Made by a program: the position numbers and the translations under genes
Notes under the pieces: generated by a model
What the model was told of the DNA's origin: nothing
Database searches by the model: none
The model's input: only the letters and a program-made list of their open reading frames with translations
Shown here: positions 30,445 to 40,004 of the stretch, in pieces
Layout: each line of letters starts with the position of its first letter
Numbering within the stretch: the stretch's first letter is position 1
From: Gemmatimonadaceae bacterium
Lineage (GTDB): Bacteria; Gemmatimonadota; Gemmatimonadetes; Gemmatimonadales; Gemmatimonadaceae
Assembly (NCBI GenBank): GCA_040902005.1
Contig: JBBDYA010000019.1
Coordinates: forward strand, 1 to 43,894
Direction: 5' to 3'
DNA: 43,894 bases

Positions 30445-31527
30445 GTGAGCCAGGACAGCCGGGAAAACCTCCTCGATCTGACGCCCGCAGCCGCCGAAGC
30501 CCGGCTGGGGGCATTCTTCGAGTCCATAGGCCAGCCTGCGTACCGGGCCCGACAGGTCGTACGGCATCTCTGGACCGCGCCCGTCGCCCGCCTCGAGGAG
30601 ATGACGGCCCTCCCGGTCTCTCTGCGCGAACAGTTGGCCGCGGCATTCGAGATGCCGCGTCTCGAGATCGCGGCGCGCCAGACCTCCACCGACGGCACCG
30701 AGAAGTTCCTGTTCCGGCTGCGCGACGGCGAAGCGATCGAGACCGTGGCGATTCCCGAGGGGAATCGCGTGACGCTGTGCGTCTCGTCCCAGGCTGGGTG
30801 TGCCCTGCAATGCGCGTTCTGCGCCACGGGGGCGATGGGATTTTCGCGCAACCTGGATGTGCACGAGATCGCCGGCCAGGTGCGCGAGATGCGCCTGTTG
30901 GACCCGCCCATCACCGTGACCAATGTGGTGTTCATGGGCATGGGCGAGCCCCTCATGAATTGGAAGGCGGTGGATCCGGCGCTCACGATCCTGAACGATC
31001 CCAACGGTCTGGGAATCGGGGCGCGCCACATCACGATCTCGACCGTCGGCGTGCTGCCGGGCATCGTGGCGCTCAGCGAGCGGCCGGAGCAGTTCCGGCT
31101 CGCGATCTCGATTCACGCGCCGAGCGACGATCTGCGCCGGGACCTGATGCCGATCAATACCAAGTATCCCCTGGCCGACGTGATCGATGCGGCGAAGAAG
31201 TTCGACCGGCGCGTGACGTTCGAGTACGTGATGCTCGGCGGCGTGAACGACCAGGAGGTGCACGCATTGCAACTGGCGAAGCTGGCCAGGGACTGCCGCG
31301 CCTTCGTGAACCTCATTCCGTTGCATCCCGGGGGCGCGCGTGGCTTCTCGCCATCGTCGGCCACGGCGCGCTTCGCGCGCGACCTGCGGGCTCAGGGAGT
31401 GGAAGTCGCCGTCAGGAAGAGCCGCGGGATGGACATCTCGGCGGCGTGCGGGCAGCTACGGGTAGAACGGCTCGGCCGGCGGCCGCCACGCACGCCCAAG
31501 CAGGACGGTGACATCCAGGTAGCGTGA
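30445..31527 (+). CDS. rlmN: Radical SAM RNA m2A methyltransferase RlmN
   Basis: CALQCAFC, FMGMGEP, AACGQL. GTG start inferred. Confidence 0.95.
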   Translation: MSQDSRENLLDLTPAAAEARLGAFFESIGQPAYRARQVVRHLWTAPVARLEEMTALPVSLREQLAAAFEMPRLEIAARQTSTDGTEKFLFRLRDGEAIETVAIPEGNRVTLCVSSQAGCALQCAFCATGAMGFSRNLDVHEIAGQVREMRLLDPPITVTNVVFMGMGEPLMNWKAVDPALTILNDPNGLGIGARHITISTVGVLPGIVALSERPEQFRLAISIHAPSDDLRRDLMPINTKYPLADVIDAAKKFDRRVTFEYVMLGGVNDQEVHALQLAKLARDCRAFVNLIPLHPGGARGFSPSSATARFARDLRAQGVEVAVRKSRGMDISAACGQLRVERLGRRPPRTPKQDGDIQVA

Positions 31528-31923
31528 CGAATCGGGGCGCGACTCCACGCGTGCCCCGCCGAGCGCGTCGGCGACCCGTCTGGCCAGCTCGGGATTGCCG
31601 GCACGATCCAGCACGAGCGTGGAATCGAGCTGCTCGCCCGCGTTGCCCACCTCGAGCACGTCGAACCCCCGATCGCGCAGGTGCATCGTGGCCTGGCGCG
31701 CAAGCCCGCGCGTGTCGGTGGCGTTCAGGACCTGCACGCGCACGCGTGGTGCGTCCGGGATACTGGCGTCCGGCGGTGCGGCGCGACGCGAGTCGTTGCG
31801 GTCGCGGATGAACACGCTCGCGGCGAGGATCGCGGCGAGCAGTATGATCCCGACAACCACGATGGCGATGCGCTTCAGCGTTCTGCGCTGTCGGCGTGGC
31901 GGTGCTTTGGCATGCTCGCTCAC
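31456..31923 (-). CDS. Membrane-anchored LytR C-terminal domain protein
   Basis: One TM; VQVLNAT..RGLA...LRDRGFDV..VGNA; DVTVLLG. Confidence 0.85.
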   Translation of the reverse strand: MSEHAKAPPRRQRRTLKRIAIVVVGIILLAAILAASVFIRDRNDSRRAAPPDASIPDAPRVRVQVLNATDTRGLARQATMHLRDRGFDVLEVGNAGEQLDSTLVLDRAGNPELARRVADALGGARVESRPDSSRYLDVTVLLGRAWRPPAEPFYP

Positions 31924-32459
31924 CTTTGGTTCCATAGGTCCACCGTTTCGGGAAACAGCGCTCCGTTCTGCGACAGCGACCATTCCAGTCGCAGGCGCAC
32001 CACCTGCCGAAAGGCGGCGTCGAAGTCGTGGGGCACCTGCTGGGCGAGGAAGGCCCGCTCGGCGACGAGGAACTTGCGGCCGGGCTCGAGGAAGTCCGCC
32101 ATGTAGAGCGCGCGACCCGTCCGCTCCCAGCCGGTAAAGCCCACGGTGTGATGCCGGACGGCGTCCAGCACGTCCTGTCGCCGCTCGCCATCCTGTTCGG
32201 CACGCACCGCGGCGGCCGGTCCATGCAGCAGCTCCGCGGCACGGTCGCCGTTCGCCGTGAGCGCGCGGAGCATCGGCTCGGGGGCATCGCGCAGCGCATC
32301 GTGCAGCGCGCTGGCGGTGGTCCAGCGGGACGCCTCGTCTTCGGGCAGGTTCATGGTGACCGCCCAGCGGGCGAGTAGCGCGGTGACTCGCGCGATGTGC
32401 GTGCGGCGCTTGTCGGAGACCACCGCCCACTCCGGAAGCACGTCGTCAGCCACGCTCAC
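31920..32459 (-). CDS. YqeK-like HD-domain hydrolase
   Basis: RTH, ALHD, LLHG, RHHTVG, YMADFLEPGR. Confidence 0.85.
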   Translation of the reverse strand: MSVADDVLPEWAVVSDKRRTHIARVTALLARWAVTMNLPEDEASRWTTASALHDALRDAPEPMLRALTANGDRAAELLHGPAAAVRAEQDGERRQDVLDAVRHHTVGFTGWERTGRALYMADFLEPGRKFLVAERAFLAQQVPHDFDAAFRQVVRLRLEWSLSQNGALFPETVDLWNQR

Positions 32460-32875
32460 AGCCTGGCCTGGAGCTGCGCCAGCTCGCTCCGCCAGAACGG
32501 GCGGTCCCGCAGGCCCGGGTGCGGCACCCTCAAACGCGGGTCACGGATGGTGCGCGTACCAAAGGTCACGATGTCGAGATCGAGCGTGCGAGGGCCCCAG
32601 CGCTGCTCGCGAACGCGGCTGGCGCGCGCTTCGATGTCCTGGAGCGCGCGCAACAGGTCGTGCGGATCGAGATCGGTTTCGATGGCGACCATCTGATTGA
32701 GATAGGGACCCTGCCCTGGGGGGCCGAATGGTTCGGTCTCCTCAGGGACGGTTGCCTCCATCAGTCGGCAACTCGGCAGGGTGGCGATCGCGTGTCGGGC
32801 GAACTCCAGGTGCCTGGCGCGGTCGCCCAGGTTGGAGCCGAGCGCGATGTGCGCTACCTCAGGCATCCCGGTCAC
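32456..32875 (-). CDS. folK: 6-hydroxymethyl-7,8-dihydropterin pyrophosphokinase
   Basis: IALGSNLG, RWGPRTLDLDI, VPHP. Confidence 0.96.
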   Translation of the reverse strand: MTGMPEVAHIALGSNLGDRARHLEFARHAIATLPSCRLMEATVPEETEPFGPPGQGPYLNQMVAIETDLDPHDLLRALQDIEARASRVREQRWGPRTLDLDIVTFGTRTIRDPRLRVPHPGLRDRPFWRSELAQLQARL

Positions 32876-33206
32876 GGGTAATGCTCACCTGCGCGTACGC
32901 GATCGGTCCGCCGACGGCCGCGTGCGGCTTGCGCAGGGTGACCTGGACCCTCCGTACGGCCGTGTCCTCGAGGACGCGGGCGACGATGGTGTTGGCCAGT
33001 TCTTCGAGGTAGAAGAGCTCGGGCATCTCCGTGGCGCCGCGGACCTTGCCGTAGAGCTCGCGATAATCCACGATGTCGGCGCCGGACGGCACCCAAACGG
33101 TGAGATCGATCTCGAGAGGCTGCTGGAGCTCCCGCTCGTGCGGCAGGATGCCGATGAGCGTATGGAAGCTCATTCCGTGGAGCGTGACGGCGTCGAGGTG
33201 AGTCAT
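32859..33206 (-). CDS. folB: Dihydroneopterin aldolase
   Basis: IGILPHERELQQPLEIDL, VDY, LEELA, RKP. Confidence 0.92.
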   Translation of the reverse strand: MTHLDAVTLHGMSFHTLIGILPHERELQQPLEIDLTVWVPSGADIVDYRELYGKVRGATEMPELFYLEELANTIVARVLEDTAVRRVQVTLRKPHAAVGGPIAYAQVSITRDRDA

Positions 33207-33260
33207 GCCCTCCCCATGCTATCAGGAGTCATGCCCCGGCGGACAGCAGGCGCCTGGCGG

Positions 33261-34058
33261 TCAAGCGCCGTCGATGGCCTTTCGAAGCCCTGCTACCAGT
33301 TCGGCCGCCCGAACGACGCTCTCTCCCGCGGCCTTCACCACCGCGCTGCCCACCACCACGCCGTCCGCCAGCCGCGCCACCGTCGCCGCCTGCTCCGGCG
33401 TGGACACGCCGAAGCCGACGCACACCGGGAGCGTCGTCGCCCGCTTGAGTCGCGCGATCGTCTCCGGCAGCTCCTTCGGCAACTGTGCGCGCGCGCCGGT
33501 CACGCCCAGCCGGCTGATGAGATACACGAATCCGCTCCCGTTCCGGCCGATCAGCGCCATGCGATCGGCTGGCGTGGTGGGCGCCACGAGCCGCACGAAC
33601 GCGAGGGGCCCATCCGCGAACCGACGCTCGAGTGCCGGGTCCGAGCCCACCGGCAGGTCCGTGAGCAGCAGGCCATGCGCGCCCGCCCTCGCGGCGCGGG
33701 CGAGCGCGTCATCCCCCGCCGCGAGCACCGGATTCAGGTAACTGAACAGCACCACCGGCACCTTCAGCGTCGCGCGCGCGATGAGGTCGAGCACGCCGTC
33801 GAACGTCATCCCATTCGCCAGCGCCTGCTGCGAGCTGGCCTGGATCACCGGGCCGTCCGCCATGGGATCCGAGAACGGCACCCCCACCTCGATCACGTCC
33901 GCGCCCGATTCCTCCAGCGCCTTCAACAGCTCGAGCGAGCGCGCCCTGTCCGGGTGACCGGCGGTGACGTAGACGACGAGCGCCTTGCGCTTCTGCTGGC
34001 GCAGCGTCGTGAACGTTGCCGCCAGCGGCGACGACTCAGACGAAATAGTCGCTGACAC
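33261..34058 (-). CDS. trpA: Tryptophan synthase alpha subunit
   Basis: EVGVPFSDPMADGPVIQ, LVAPTT, GVTG, VGFGV, VVGSA. Confidence 0.97.
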   Translation of the reverse strand: MSATISSESSPLAATFTTLRQQKRKALVVYVTAGHPDRARSLELLKALEESGADVIEVGVPFSDPMADGPVIQASSQQALANGMTFDGVLDLIARATLKVPVVLFSYLNPVLAAGDDALARAARAGAHGLLLTDLPVGSDPALERRFADGPLAFVRLVAPTTPADRMALIGRNGSGFVYLISRLGVTGARAQLPKELPETIARLKRATTLPVCVGFGVSTPEQAATVARLADGVVVGSAVVKAAGESVVRAAELVAGLRKAIDGA

Positions 34059-35511
34059 GGATGCCGTAGCGCTCGGGGGTTTCCGTCTTGATGATCGTCC
34101 GCTTGTAAACGCCGTTCTCCCCCATCTCGGCGAGGTCCACGATCGTTCCCGGGTGCGTGACGTTCCCCATCGCGTCGCTGACGATCTTCACCAGGGGGCG
34201 CGCGAGCATCTCGGGGAGCGGGTTCACGGCGTGGACGATGCCCAGCTCGAAGGTGTCGAGCACCACCAGCGTTCCGGTGGGATAGATGCCCGTGAGGTTG
34301 ATGAACGCCTTGACTACCACCGGGTCCATCCCGCGCCGCGGGTTGTCGCGCATCTCGCGCATCACGTCCGCCGGGCTGAAGGGCACCGTCTGATACGACC
34401 GACGGCTCGTCGCCGCGTCGAATCCGTCCGCGGACGCCACGATCTTGCTGAACATGCTCATCTGTCGTGGCCGGATGGGACGCGGGTACCCCGTGAGATC
34501 GGTCTTCATGTGGTGCTCCAGCGCCACCACCATGCTCCGGAACGGATACTCCTGCGTGCCGCGAATCTGGAAGAGCGCCAGCACGCCCAACCAGGGGTGC
34601 TCGGCGATCTGGCGCCAGTCCACGTCGGTAAGCGTACCGTCCTTGTTCAGCACGTCCAGGGGAACGCGTGACTTGCCGATGTCGTGAAACAGGGCGGCCA
34701 TGCCAAGGTCGTACAACTGCAGCTTGGTGAGCCCGAGTCGCTTGCCCAGCGCCACGGAAAAGATGCAGACGTTGACGCTGTGCGTGAACGTGTACTCGTC
34801 GTAGTCGCGGATCGTGGTGAGGCCGATGAGCGACGTCTCCTCGTTGAGGATCTGGTCCACGATCCCCTGTACCACGCGTTTGATCTTCTTGATGTTCGGG
34901 CTCTTCCCCATGCGCACGGACGTCATGAGGTCCTTCGTGACCGCCACGGACTGCGAGTAGGTGCGCTTCGCGCGCTCCTTCGACCGTTCGCGCTCCTCCC
35001 CGCTTTCCTCCGCGGGCTCCGCGAGCACGAACGCGACAATCCCCGCGCCCTCCAGCTTGTCGATGATCTGATGGAGGCGGTCCTGCGGCGGCATGCCCGT
35101 GCCGCCCTGCGCGAGTGAGAGGAACACCTGCCAGTCGCGCGCCATGGCGGCGTCGCTCACGTGCATGACGCCGATCCCCGAGACGCGAAAGACGGAAAGT
35201 ACGTGGCTGAACGCCGCGTAGTTGTCGAGATCCAGGCGCAGGCGCGTGCCGTTCACGAAAATGAACTCGCCCGAGATCCGAAGTTCCAGGTCGCCTTCCG
35301 CGGATGCGATCTCGTGCGTGACCGTCGTGAGGTCGTCCAGCGCGCGCTGCACCGAGGCGTGCCCGATGGGATACAGCTTGCTGCCACGGAGCGAGGCGTA
35401 GAGCGACAGAATCAACGCCCTCCCCTTGTGACGCAGCACCGAGTCGCCGCTGCCCTCACCCACGGGCGCGGTGATCGTCATTGTGAGGCGTGGAGACTTC
35501 GCCGTCGTCAT
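34036..35511 (-). CDS. HD-GYP domain phosphodiesterase with uncharacterised N-terminal domain
   Basis: YTFTHSVNV, FHDIGK, EHH...TGYP, ADGFDAATSRRSY; ATGA overlap with the HEAT gene. Confidence 0.92.
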   Translation of the reverse strand: MTTAKSPRLTMTITAPVGEGSGDSVLRHKGRALILSLYASLRGSKLYPIGHASVQRALDDLTTVTHEIASAEGDLELRISGEFIFVNGTRLRLDLDNYAAFSHVLSVFRVSGIGVMHVSDAAMARDWQVFLSLAQGGTGMPPQDRLHQIIDKLEGAGIVAFVLAEPAEESGEERERSKERAKRTYSQSVAVTKDLMTSVRMGKSPNIKKIKRVVQGIVDQILNEETSLIGLTTIRDYDEYTFTHSVNVCIFSVALGKRLGLTKLQLYDLGMAALFHDIGKSRVPLDVLNKDGTLTDVDWRQIAEHPWLGVLALFQIRGTQEYPFRSMVVALEHHMKTDLTGYPRPIRPRQMSMFSKIVASADGFDAATSRRSYQTVPFSPADVMREMRDNPRRGMDPVVVKAFINLTGIYPTGTLVVLDTFELGIVHAVNPLPEMLARPLVKIVSDAMGNVTHPGTIVDLAEMGENGVYKRTIIKTETPERYGIRVSDYFV

Positions 35512-37241
35512 GCGGACCCTCCCCCCCCACCGGTAACGCCGCGCAGCGCGCGATTCACCGCGTTTCTCACCACGACATCCTTCTCGGCGGTGGCGCGCTG
35601 CAGCGACGCCCGCGCGCTCTGCGTCCCCACGCGGCCGAGTGCGATCGCGGCGCAGGCGCGCAGCTCGGGATCCTCCCGCTTGCCGAACATCCCCTTGCTG
35701 TTGAGAATGCCGTCCAGATGTGGCACGCCGCCATCCCCGCACAGCGCGCCGTGCGCCTCGAAGAACGCCATCCGCTCCGTGAGGTCCGCGCCGCGCAGCG
35801 CCCTGCCCTTCACCACCGCCTCCACCCGCTGCGCCACGCCCTTGTAGGCCTTGCCGCCAAGCGTGCGGACCGCCGCCACGCGGACTTCGCGGTCGTCGTC
35901 CTCGATGCAGCGCTCGAGCGCCTGGAGCGCACCCGCCGAACCGATGGTGGTGAGCGCGTGCACGGCCAGCTGCCGCAGTTCCACGTCGCCGTCCACCAGG
36001 ACCCTTGCCATCGGCGCCACCGCCGCTGCGGCGCGCATCGCGCCCGCGCGCCGAACGGCCTCGCCCGCCACGGTGCGATCCGTGGAACCGATCAGTGCAA
36101 TCAGCTCACCGGTGTTCGCGCTCGCGAGGCGCTCCGCCGCCTGGGCCACGAGACCGCGGATATTCTCGTTCTGCAATCGCGAGAGCCGGGCGAAGATGGT
36201 GCCGAGCGCCGCGGGACGAAGCTGCTCGAACAGCTCAGTGAGCTCGTTCTGCGGCGGCAGGTCCGCCGCTTCGTCCAGGGCCTGGAGCAGCTGGCCGAGC
36301 GGCTCCGGGGCGCTGAGGCGTTCCGGAAGGCGCCCCATCCGCTCGATCTGCTCCGGCGTGATGTCAACAGCGCGTCGCACCACGACCTGGGACTCCGCCA
36401 GCAGCGACGCGACGGTGCGCAGTTCGCCCCCGGCCAGGAACTGGAGCATCAGCTGCTCGATGATCTCGGAGACTTCATCTCGCACGGCGGGAACAGATTG
36501 CGCCTCGTAGATATCGAAGAGCATGGCGGTGACGTTCTGTCGCAGATCGCCCTGGTACTCGCGCTCGATCTCCTCCTTGAGGTAGTCCAGCTCCTTCTCA
36601 TCGAGGAAGTACAGCGTGGCGTCGAAGTCCTGCATGTTCACGACGGCGTTGGACTCCGCGGCGGGTTCCTGCGCCGCGGCCCGCACGCCGTCGGGACTGG
36701 TGCCCGCGACCGATCCGGCACCCTCGTCCAGCGACGCCGACGGCTCCGCGCCAAGGTCCACGTACCGATAGCGCAGGTTGGTGAAATCGGCCTGCCAGAG
36801 GAGCGTGAGCAGGTCGTCCTCGTCAGGCAGTGCCTTGCGCACGCGCTGGAGGATGTCGAAGAGCCGCACGAGCTCGTCCTGCTCGAACCCCAGCGTAAAC
36901 GTTACCTCACGCACGCCGTCCTTGAAGAATGTCCAGGGGAGACTGTCGGCGGCCTTGGACGGTTCCGTGAGCACCGGGCGACCGTGCCAGCGAATCTCGT
37001 TCTCGGTGAACGTCACCGCGAACTCGTCGGTCTCGCGCCAGATGGGCGCGAACGCGGCGCGCACCGCGTCGATGGCGCCCTTGTACACGGGGTTGTTCGG
37101 GAGGTACAACTGATGCGCGCGCCCCGCCTTCACGAACAGGCGAAGCATTTCCTCGATGGGAGCCGGCGGGAACGGAAGCTCCTGCTCTTCCGCTGGTCCC
37201 CCCGTGCCCACGGCAGGTGGGGTCGCTGCCTGATCCGTCAC
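35508..37241 (-). CDS. HEAT-repeat protein with uncharacterised N-terminal domain
   Basis: HEAT-like repeats [56 protein letters not shown] overlap with trpB. Confidence 0.88.
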   Translation of the reverse strand: MTDQAATPPAVGTGGPAEEQELPFPPAPIEEMLRLFVKAGRAHQLYLPNNPVYKGAIDAVRAAFAPIWRETDEFAVTFTENEIRWHGRPVLTEPSKAADSLPWTFFKDGVREVTFTLGFEQDELVRLFDILQRVRKALPDEDDLLTLLWQADFTNLRYRYVDLGAEPSASLDEGAGSVAGTSPDGVRAAAQEPAAESNAVVNMQDFDATLYFLDEKELDYLKEEIEREYQGDLRQNVTAMLFDIYEAQSVPAVRDEVSEIIEQLMLQFLAGGELRTVASLLAESQVVVRRAVDITPEQIERMGRLPERLSAPEPLGQLLQALDEAADLPPQNELTELFEQLRPAALGTIFARLSRLQNENIRGLVAQAAERLASANTGELIALIGSTDRTVAGEAVRRAGAMRAAAAVAPMARVLVDGDVELRQLAVHALTTIGSAGALQALERCIEDDDREVRVAAVRTLGGKAYKGVAQRVEAVVKGRALRGADLTERMAFFEAHGALCGDGGVPHLDGILNSKGMFGKREDPELRACAAIALGRVGTQSARASLQRATAEKDVVVRNAVNRALRGVTGGGGGSA

Positions 37242-38428
37242 AGGCCCAAGATATTCATCTGCATGACTTGCGCGACATCCTTGTCACCTCGGCCACTCAC
37301 ACAGATGATTATGGTGTCGCTCGCGTTCCACCGGTTGCGCTCCTGCGTCACCCACGCGACCGCGTGCGCGGACTCGAGGGCGGGAATGATTCCTTCCAGG
37401 CGCGCGAGCGTCGCGAAACCCGCCAGCGCTTCCTGGTCGGTGACCGAGACATATTCCGCTCGGCCCGTGCTCTTCAGGTACGAGTGCTCGGGACCCACGC
37501 CGGGGTAATCGAGCCCCGCCGACACGGAATGCGCCGGATGCACCTGCCCGTCGGCATCCTGCAGCAGGTAGCTCAGCGAGCCGTGCAGCACGCCCGGCGT
37601 GCCGCGCGCGAGCGAGGCGGAGTGCCGGTCCGTGTCGAGCCCCTCGCCGGCCGCTTCGACGCCGATCAGTTCGACCTCGCGATCCGGGACGAAGGCGTGA
37701 AAGATTCCGATCGCGTTGGATCCGCCGCCGACACACGCCACGACGCTTTTCGGCAGTGCGCCGGTGCGCTCCAGCACCTGCGCGCGCGTCTCATCGCCGA
37801 TGATCGCCTGGAAGCCGCGCACCATGCGCGGATACGGCGCCGGTCCCACGACGGATCCGATCACGTAATGACTGGTGTCCACCGTGGCGACCCAATCGCG
37901 AATGGCTTCGGTGGTGGCATCCTTCAGCGTGCGCGTGCCCGATGTGACCGGAATGACTTCCGCGCCCATGAGGCGCATCCGGTACACGTTCAGCTCCTGG
38001 CGGCGCATGTCCTCTTCGCCCATGTACACCACGCACTCGAGCCCGAACCGGGCGCAGATCGTCGCGGTGGCCACGCCATGCTGCCCCGCCCCCGTCTCCG
38101 CGATGATGCGCGGCTTTCCCATGCGTCGCGCGAGCAGCACCTGGCCAATGGTGTTGTTGATCTTGTGCGCGCCCGTATGGTTCAGATCCTCGCGCTTGAG
38201 CAACACGCGGGCGCCCACGCGGGCGGACAATCGCGGCGCCTCGCTGAGCGGCGACGGTCGCCCGACGTACGTGCGCAGGAGGTCGGCGATCTCGTGCCCG
38301 AAGGCCGGATCGGCGAGCGCGGTGGCCAGCGCGTGTTCCAGTTCGTCCAGCGCCGGCACGAGTGTTTCCGGAACGTACCGTCCGCCAAAGGCGCCGAAGC
38401 GATCGTTGATGGCGGTCTCCATGCTCAA
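37238..38428 (-). CDS. trpB: Tryptophan synthase beta subunit
   Basis: [37 protein letters not shown]. Confidence 0.98.
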   Translation of the reverse strand: MSMETAINDRFGAFGGRYVPETLVPALDELEHALATALADPAFGHEIADLLRTYVGRPSPLSEAPRLSARVGARVLLKREDLNHTGAHKINNTIGQVLLARRMGKPRIIAETGAGQHGVATATICARFGLECVVYMGEEDMRRQELNVYRMRLMGAEVIPVTSGTRTLKDATTEAIRDWVATVDTSHYVIGSVVGPAPYPRMVRGFQAIIGDETRAQVLERTGALPKSVVACVGGGSNAIGIFHAFVPDREVELIGVEAAGEGLDTDRHSASLARGTPGVLHGSLSYLLQDADGQVHPAHSVSAGLDYPGVGPEHSYLKSTGRAEYVSVTDQEALAGFATLARLEGIIPALESAHAVAWVTQERNRWNASDTIIICVSGRGDKDVAQVMQMNILGL

Positions 38429-39075
38429 CGGGGCTGCACGGTGTACACGGCGTCGCGAAAGGCGCGCATCGTCGCGTGGTCCTTCACTCCAACCCCGCGC
38501 TCGATGCCGGACGACACATCCACGATGTCAGGCTCCAGTAGCCGGATGGCGGTGCCCACGTTGTCCGGCGTGAGACCGCCAGCGAGCACAAGCCGTGCCC
38601 GTCCCGCGCGCAACGAATGCACGCGGTCACGAAGGTCCTTCCACGGGAGCGCGACGCCGGTGCCGCCGAGCTGTCCGGCCACGCGCGCGTCGAGCACCAC
38701 CGCATCGGCCACGGCGAACAGCTCGGTGGCCAGGCCGGGAACGTCGGTGCCGCGCAGGCGCTGCACGGCCCAGACCTGCCCCGTCCAGTGCTCCCGGACA
38801 CGCGCGATCACCGCCGCGTCGGGATCGCCGTGGAGTTGCACGATGTCCAGCCGCAGTCCCTTCGCGCGCGCCGCGATCTCCTCGGGGAGGTCGGCGCCAA
38901 AGACACCCACCCGCTTGACGCTCTCCGGGACAGGGGCGAACACGATTCCCGCCTCCGCATCCGTCACCTGCCTGGGACTCCCCGTCAGGATGACGCCCAC
39001 GTAGCGCGCGCCGAGAAAGGCGGCTTCGCGCGCATCGGCGGCGCGCGTCATCCCGCAGAACTTCATCTCAACCAT
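38425..39075 (-). CDS. trpF: Phosphoribosylanthranilate isomerase
   Basis: [26 protein letters not shown]. Confidence 0.95.
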   Translation of the reverse strand: MVEMKFCGMTRAADAREAAFLGARYVGVILTGSPRQVTDAEAGIVFAPVPESVKRVGVFGADLPEEIAARAKGLRLDIVQLHGDPDAAVIARVREHWTGQVWAVQRLRGTDVPGLATELFAVADAVVLDARVAGQLGGTGVALPWKDLRDRVHSLRAGRARLVLAGGLTPDNVGTAIRLLEPDIVDVSSGIERGVGVKDHATMRAFRDAVYTVQPR

Positions 39076-39913
39076 GGCGGGGCTTCCGCGGCACCGACGC
39101 GAGCTGGCGCACGAGTCCTTCGGGGTCGGTCGAGCGCGACAGGGCGGACCCCACGAGGACGGCGTCCGCCCCCGCGTCCGCCGCGCGCTGCACGTGGGCC
39201 ACCGTGCCAACGCCGCTCTCCCAGATGGCCACGACCCCCGCGGGAATCCGTGGAATGAGGCGCGCGGGAACGTCGTCATCCACCTCGAGCGTCTCGAGGT
39301 CGCGGCTGTTCACGCCGACGATCGTGGCGCCGCCCCGGAGTGCGGCTTCCAGCTCTTCCTCGGAGCGCACCTCGACCACCGTCTCCATTCCCGCGTCGTT
39401 CGCCCTGCGCATGAGCGAGAGCAGTTCGTGCGGGGGCAATGCGCGCGCGATGAGCAGGAGCGCCGACGCCTGCGCGTCGAACGCCTCCGGAAGCTGTGAG
39501 AGCGCAATGTGAAAGTCCTTCTTCAGCAGCGGCAGGTCGCACGCCGCGGCGGCGTCCCTGAGATCCTGAAGACTGCCGCCGAACCGGGTGGGCTCGGTGA
39601 GCACGGACACGGCCGCCGCCCCTCCGCGCTGATACAGGCCGGCTTGAACTGCCGCGCTGAGCGCCGGATGGAGGTCGCCCTTTGACGGCGATCGCCTCTT
39701 GATCTCGCCGATCACGGCGACTTTCCCCCCCCCACTCAGAGCCTCCCGGAGGGACGGCCGAGCGGGGCGCGTCCGGGGACTCGCCTTAGCCAGCTCGACC
39801 GGAGCCACCGCCGGTGGCCTGGTGGCTTCGAGCGCCAGGACGCGCTCCCGCGTCGCCTCGAGGATCTCCCCAAGCGTTCCGGACGGCGGCACCCACCCAT
39901 TTGAGGCTTGCAC
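39068..39913 (-). CDS. trpC: Indole-3-glycerol phosphate synthase
   Basis: EIKRRSPSKG, SVLTE, LKKDF, GVNSRDL, ESG. Confidence 0.95.
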   Translation of the reverse strand: MQASNGWVPPSGTLGEILEATRERVLALEATRPPAVAPVELAKASPRTRPARPSLREALSGGGKVAVIGEIKRRSPSKGDLHPALSAAVQAGLYQRGGAAAVSVLTEPTRFGGSLQDLRDAAAACDLPLLKKDFHIALSQLPEAFDAQASALLLIARALPPHELLSLMRRANDAGMETVVEVRSEEELEAALRGGATIVGVNSRDLETLEVDDDVPARLIPRIPAGVVAIWESGVGTVAHVQRAADAGADAVLVGSALSRSTDPEGLVRQLASVPRKPRHG

Positions 39914-39989
39914 TTCGGTCCTTCTTCGGATATCTATGGAGCTATTCGGCAGTTATTCGGTTTCCGGGCACACCGGAATCGCCGTTCGG
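39908..39989 (+). promoter_or_regulatory. Candidate lexA promoter and LexA operators (TTCGG-N6-TTCGG x2)
   Basis: TTCGG at 39914, 39925, 39945, 39956, 39985; the first pair fills the spacer of TTGCAC-N17-TATCTA. Confidence 0.65.
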
Positions 39990-40004
39990 CCAGGGGGCCA
40001 CGTC

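Noticed and set aside
39699..40004. N-terminally extended LexA
   Set aside because: The extension is antisense to trpC; canonical LexA begins at ATG 40005.
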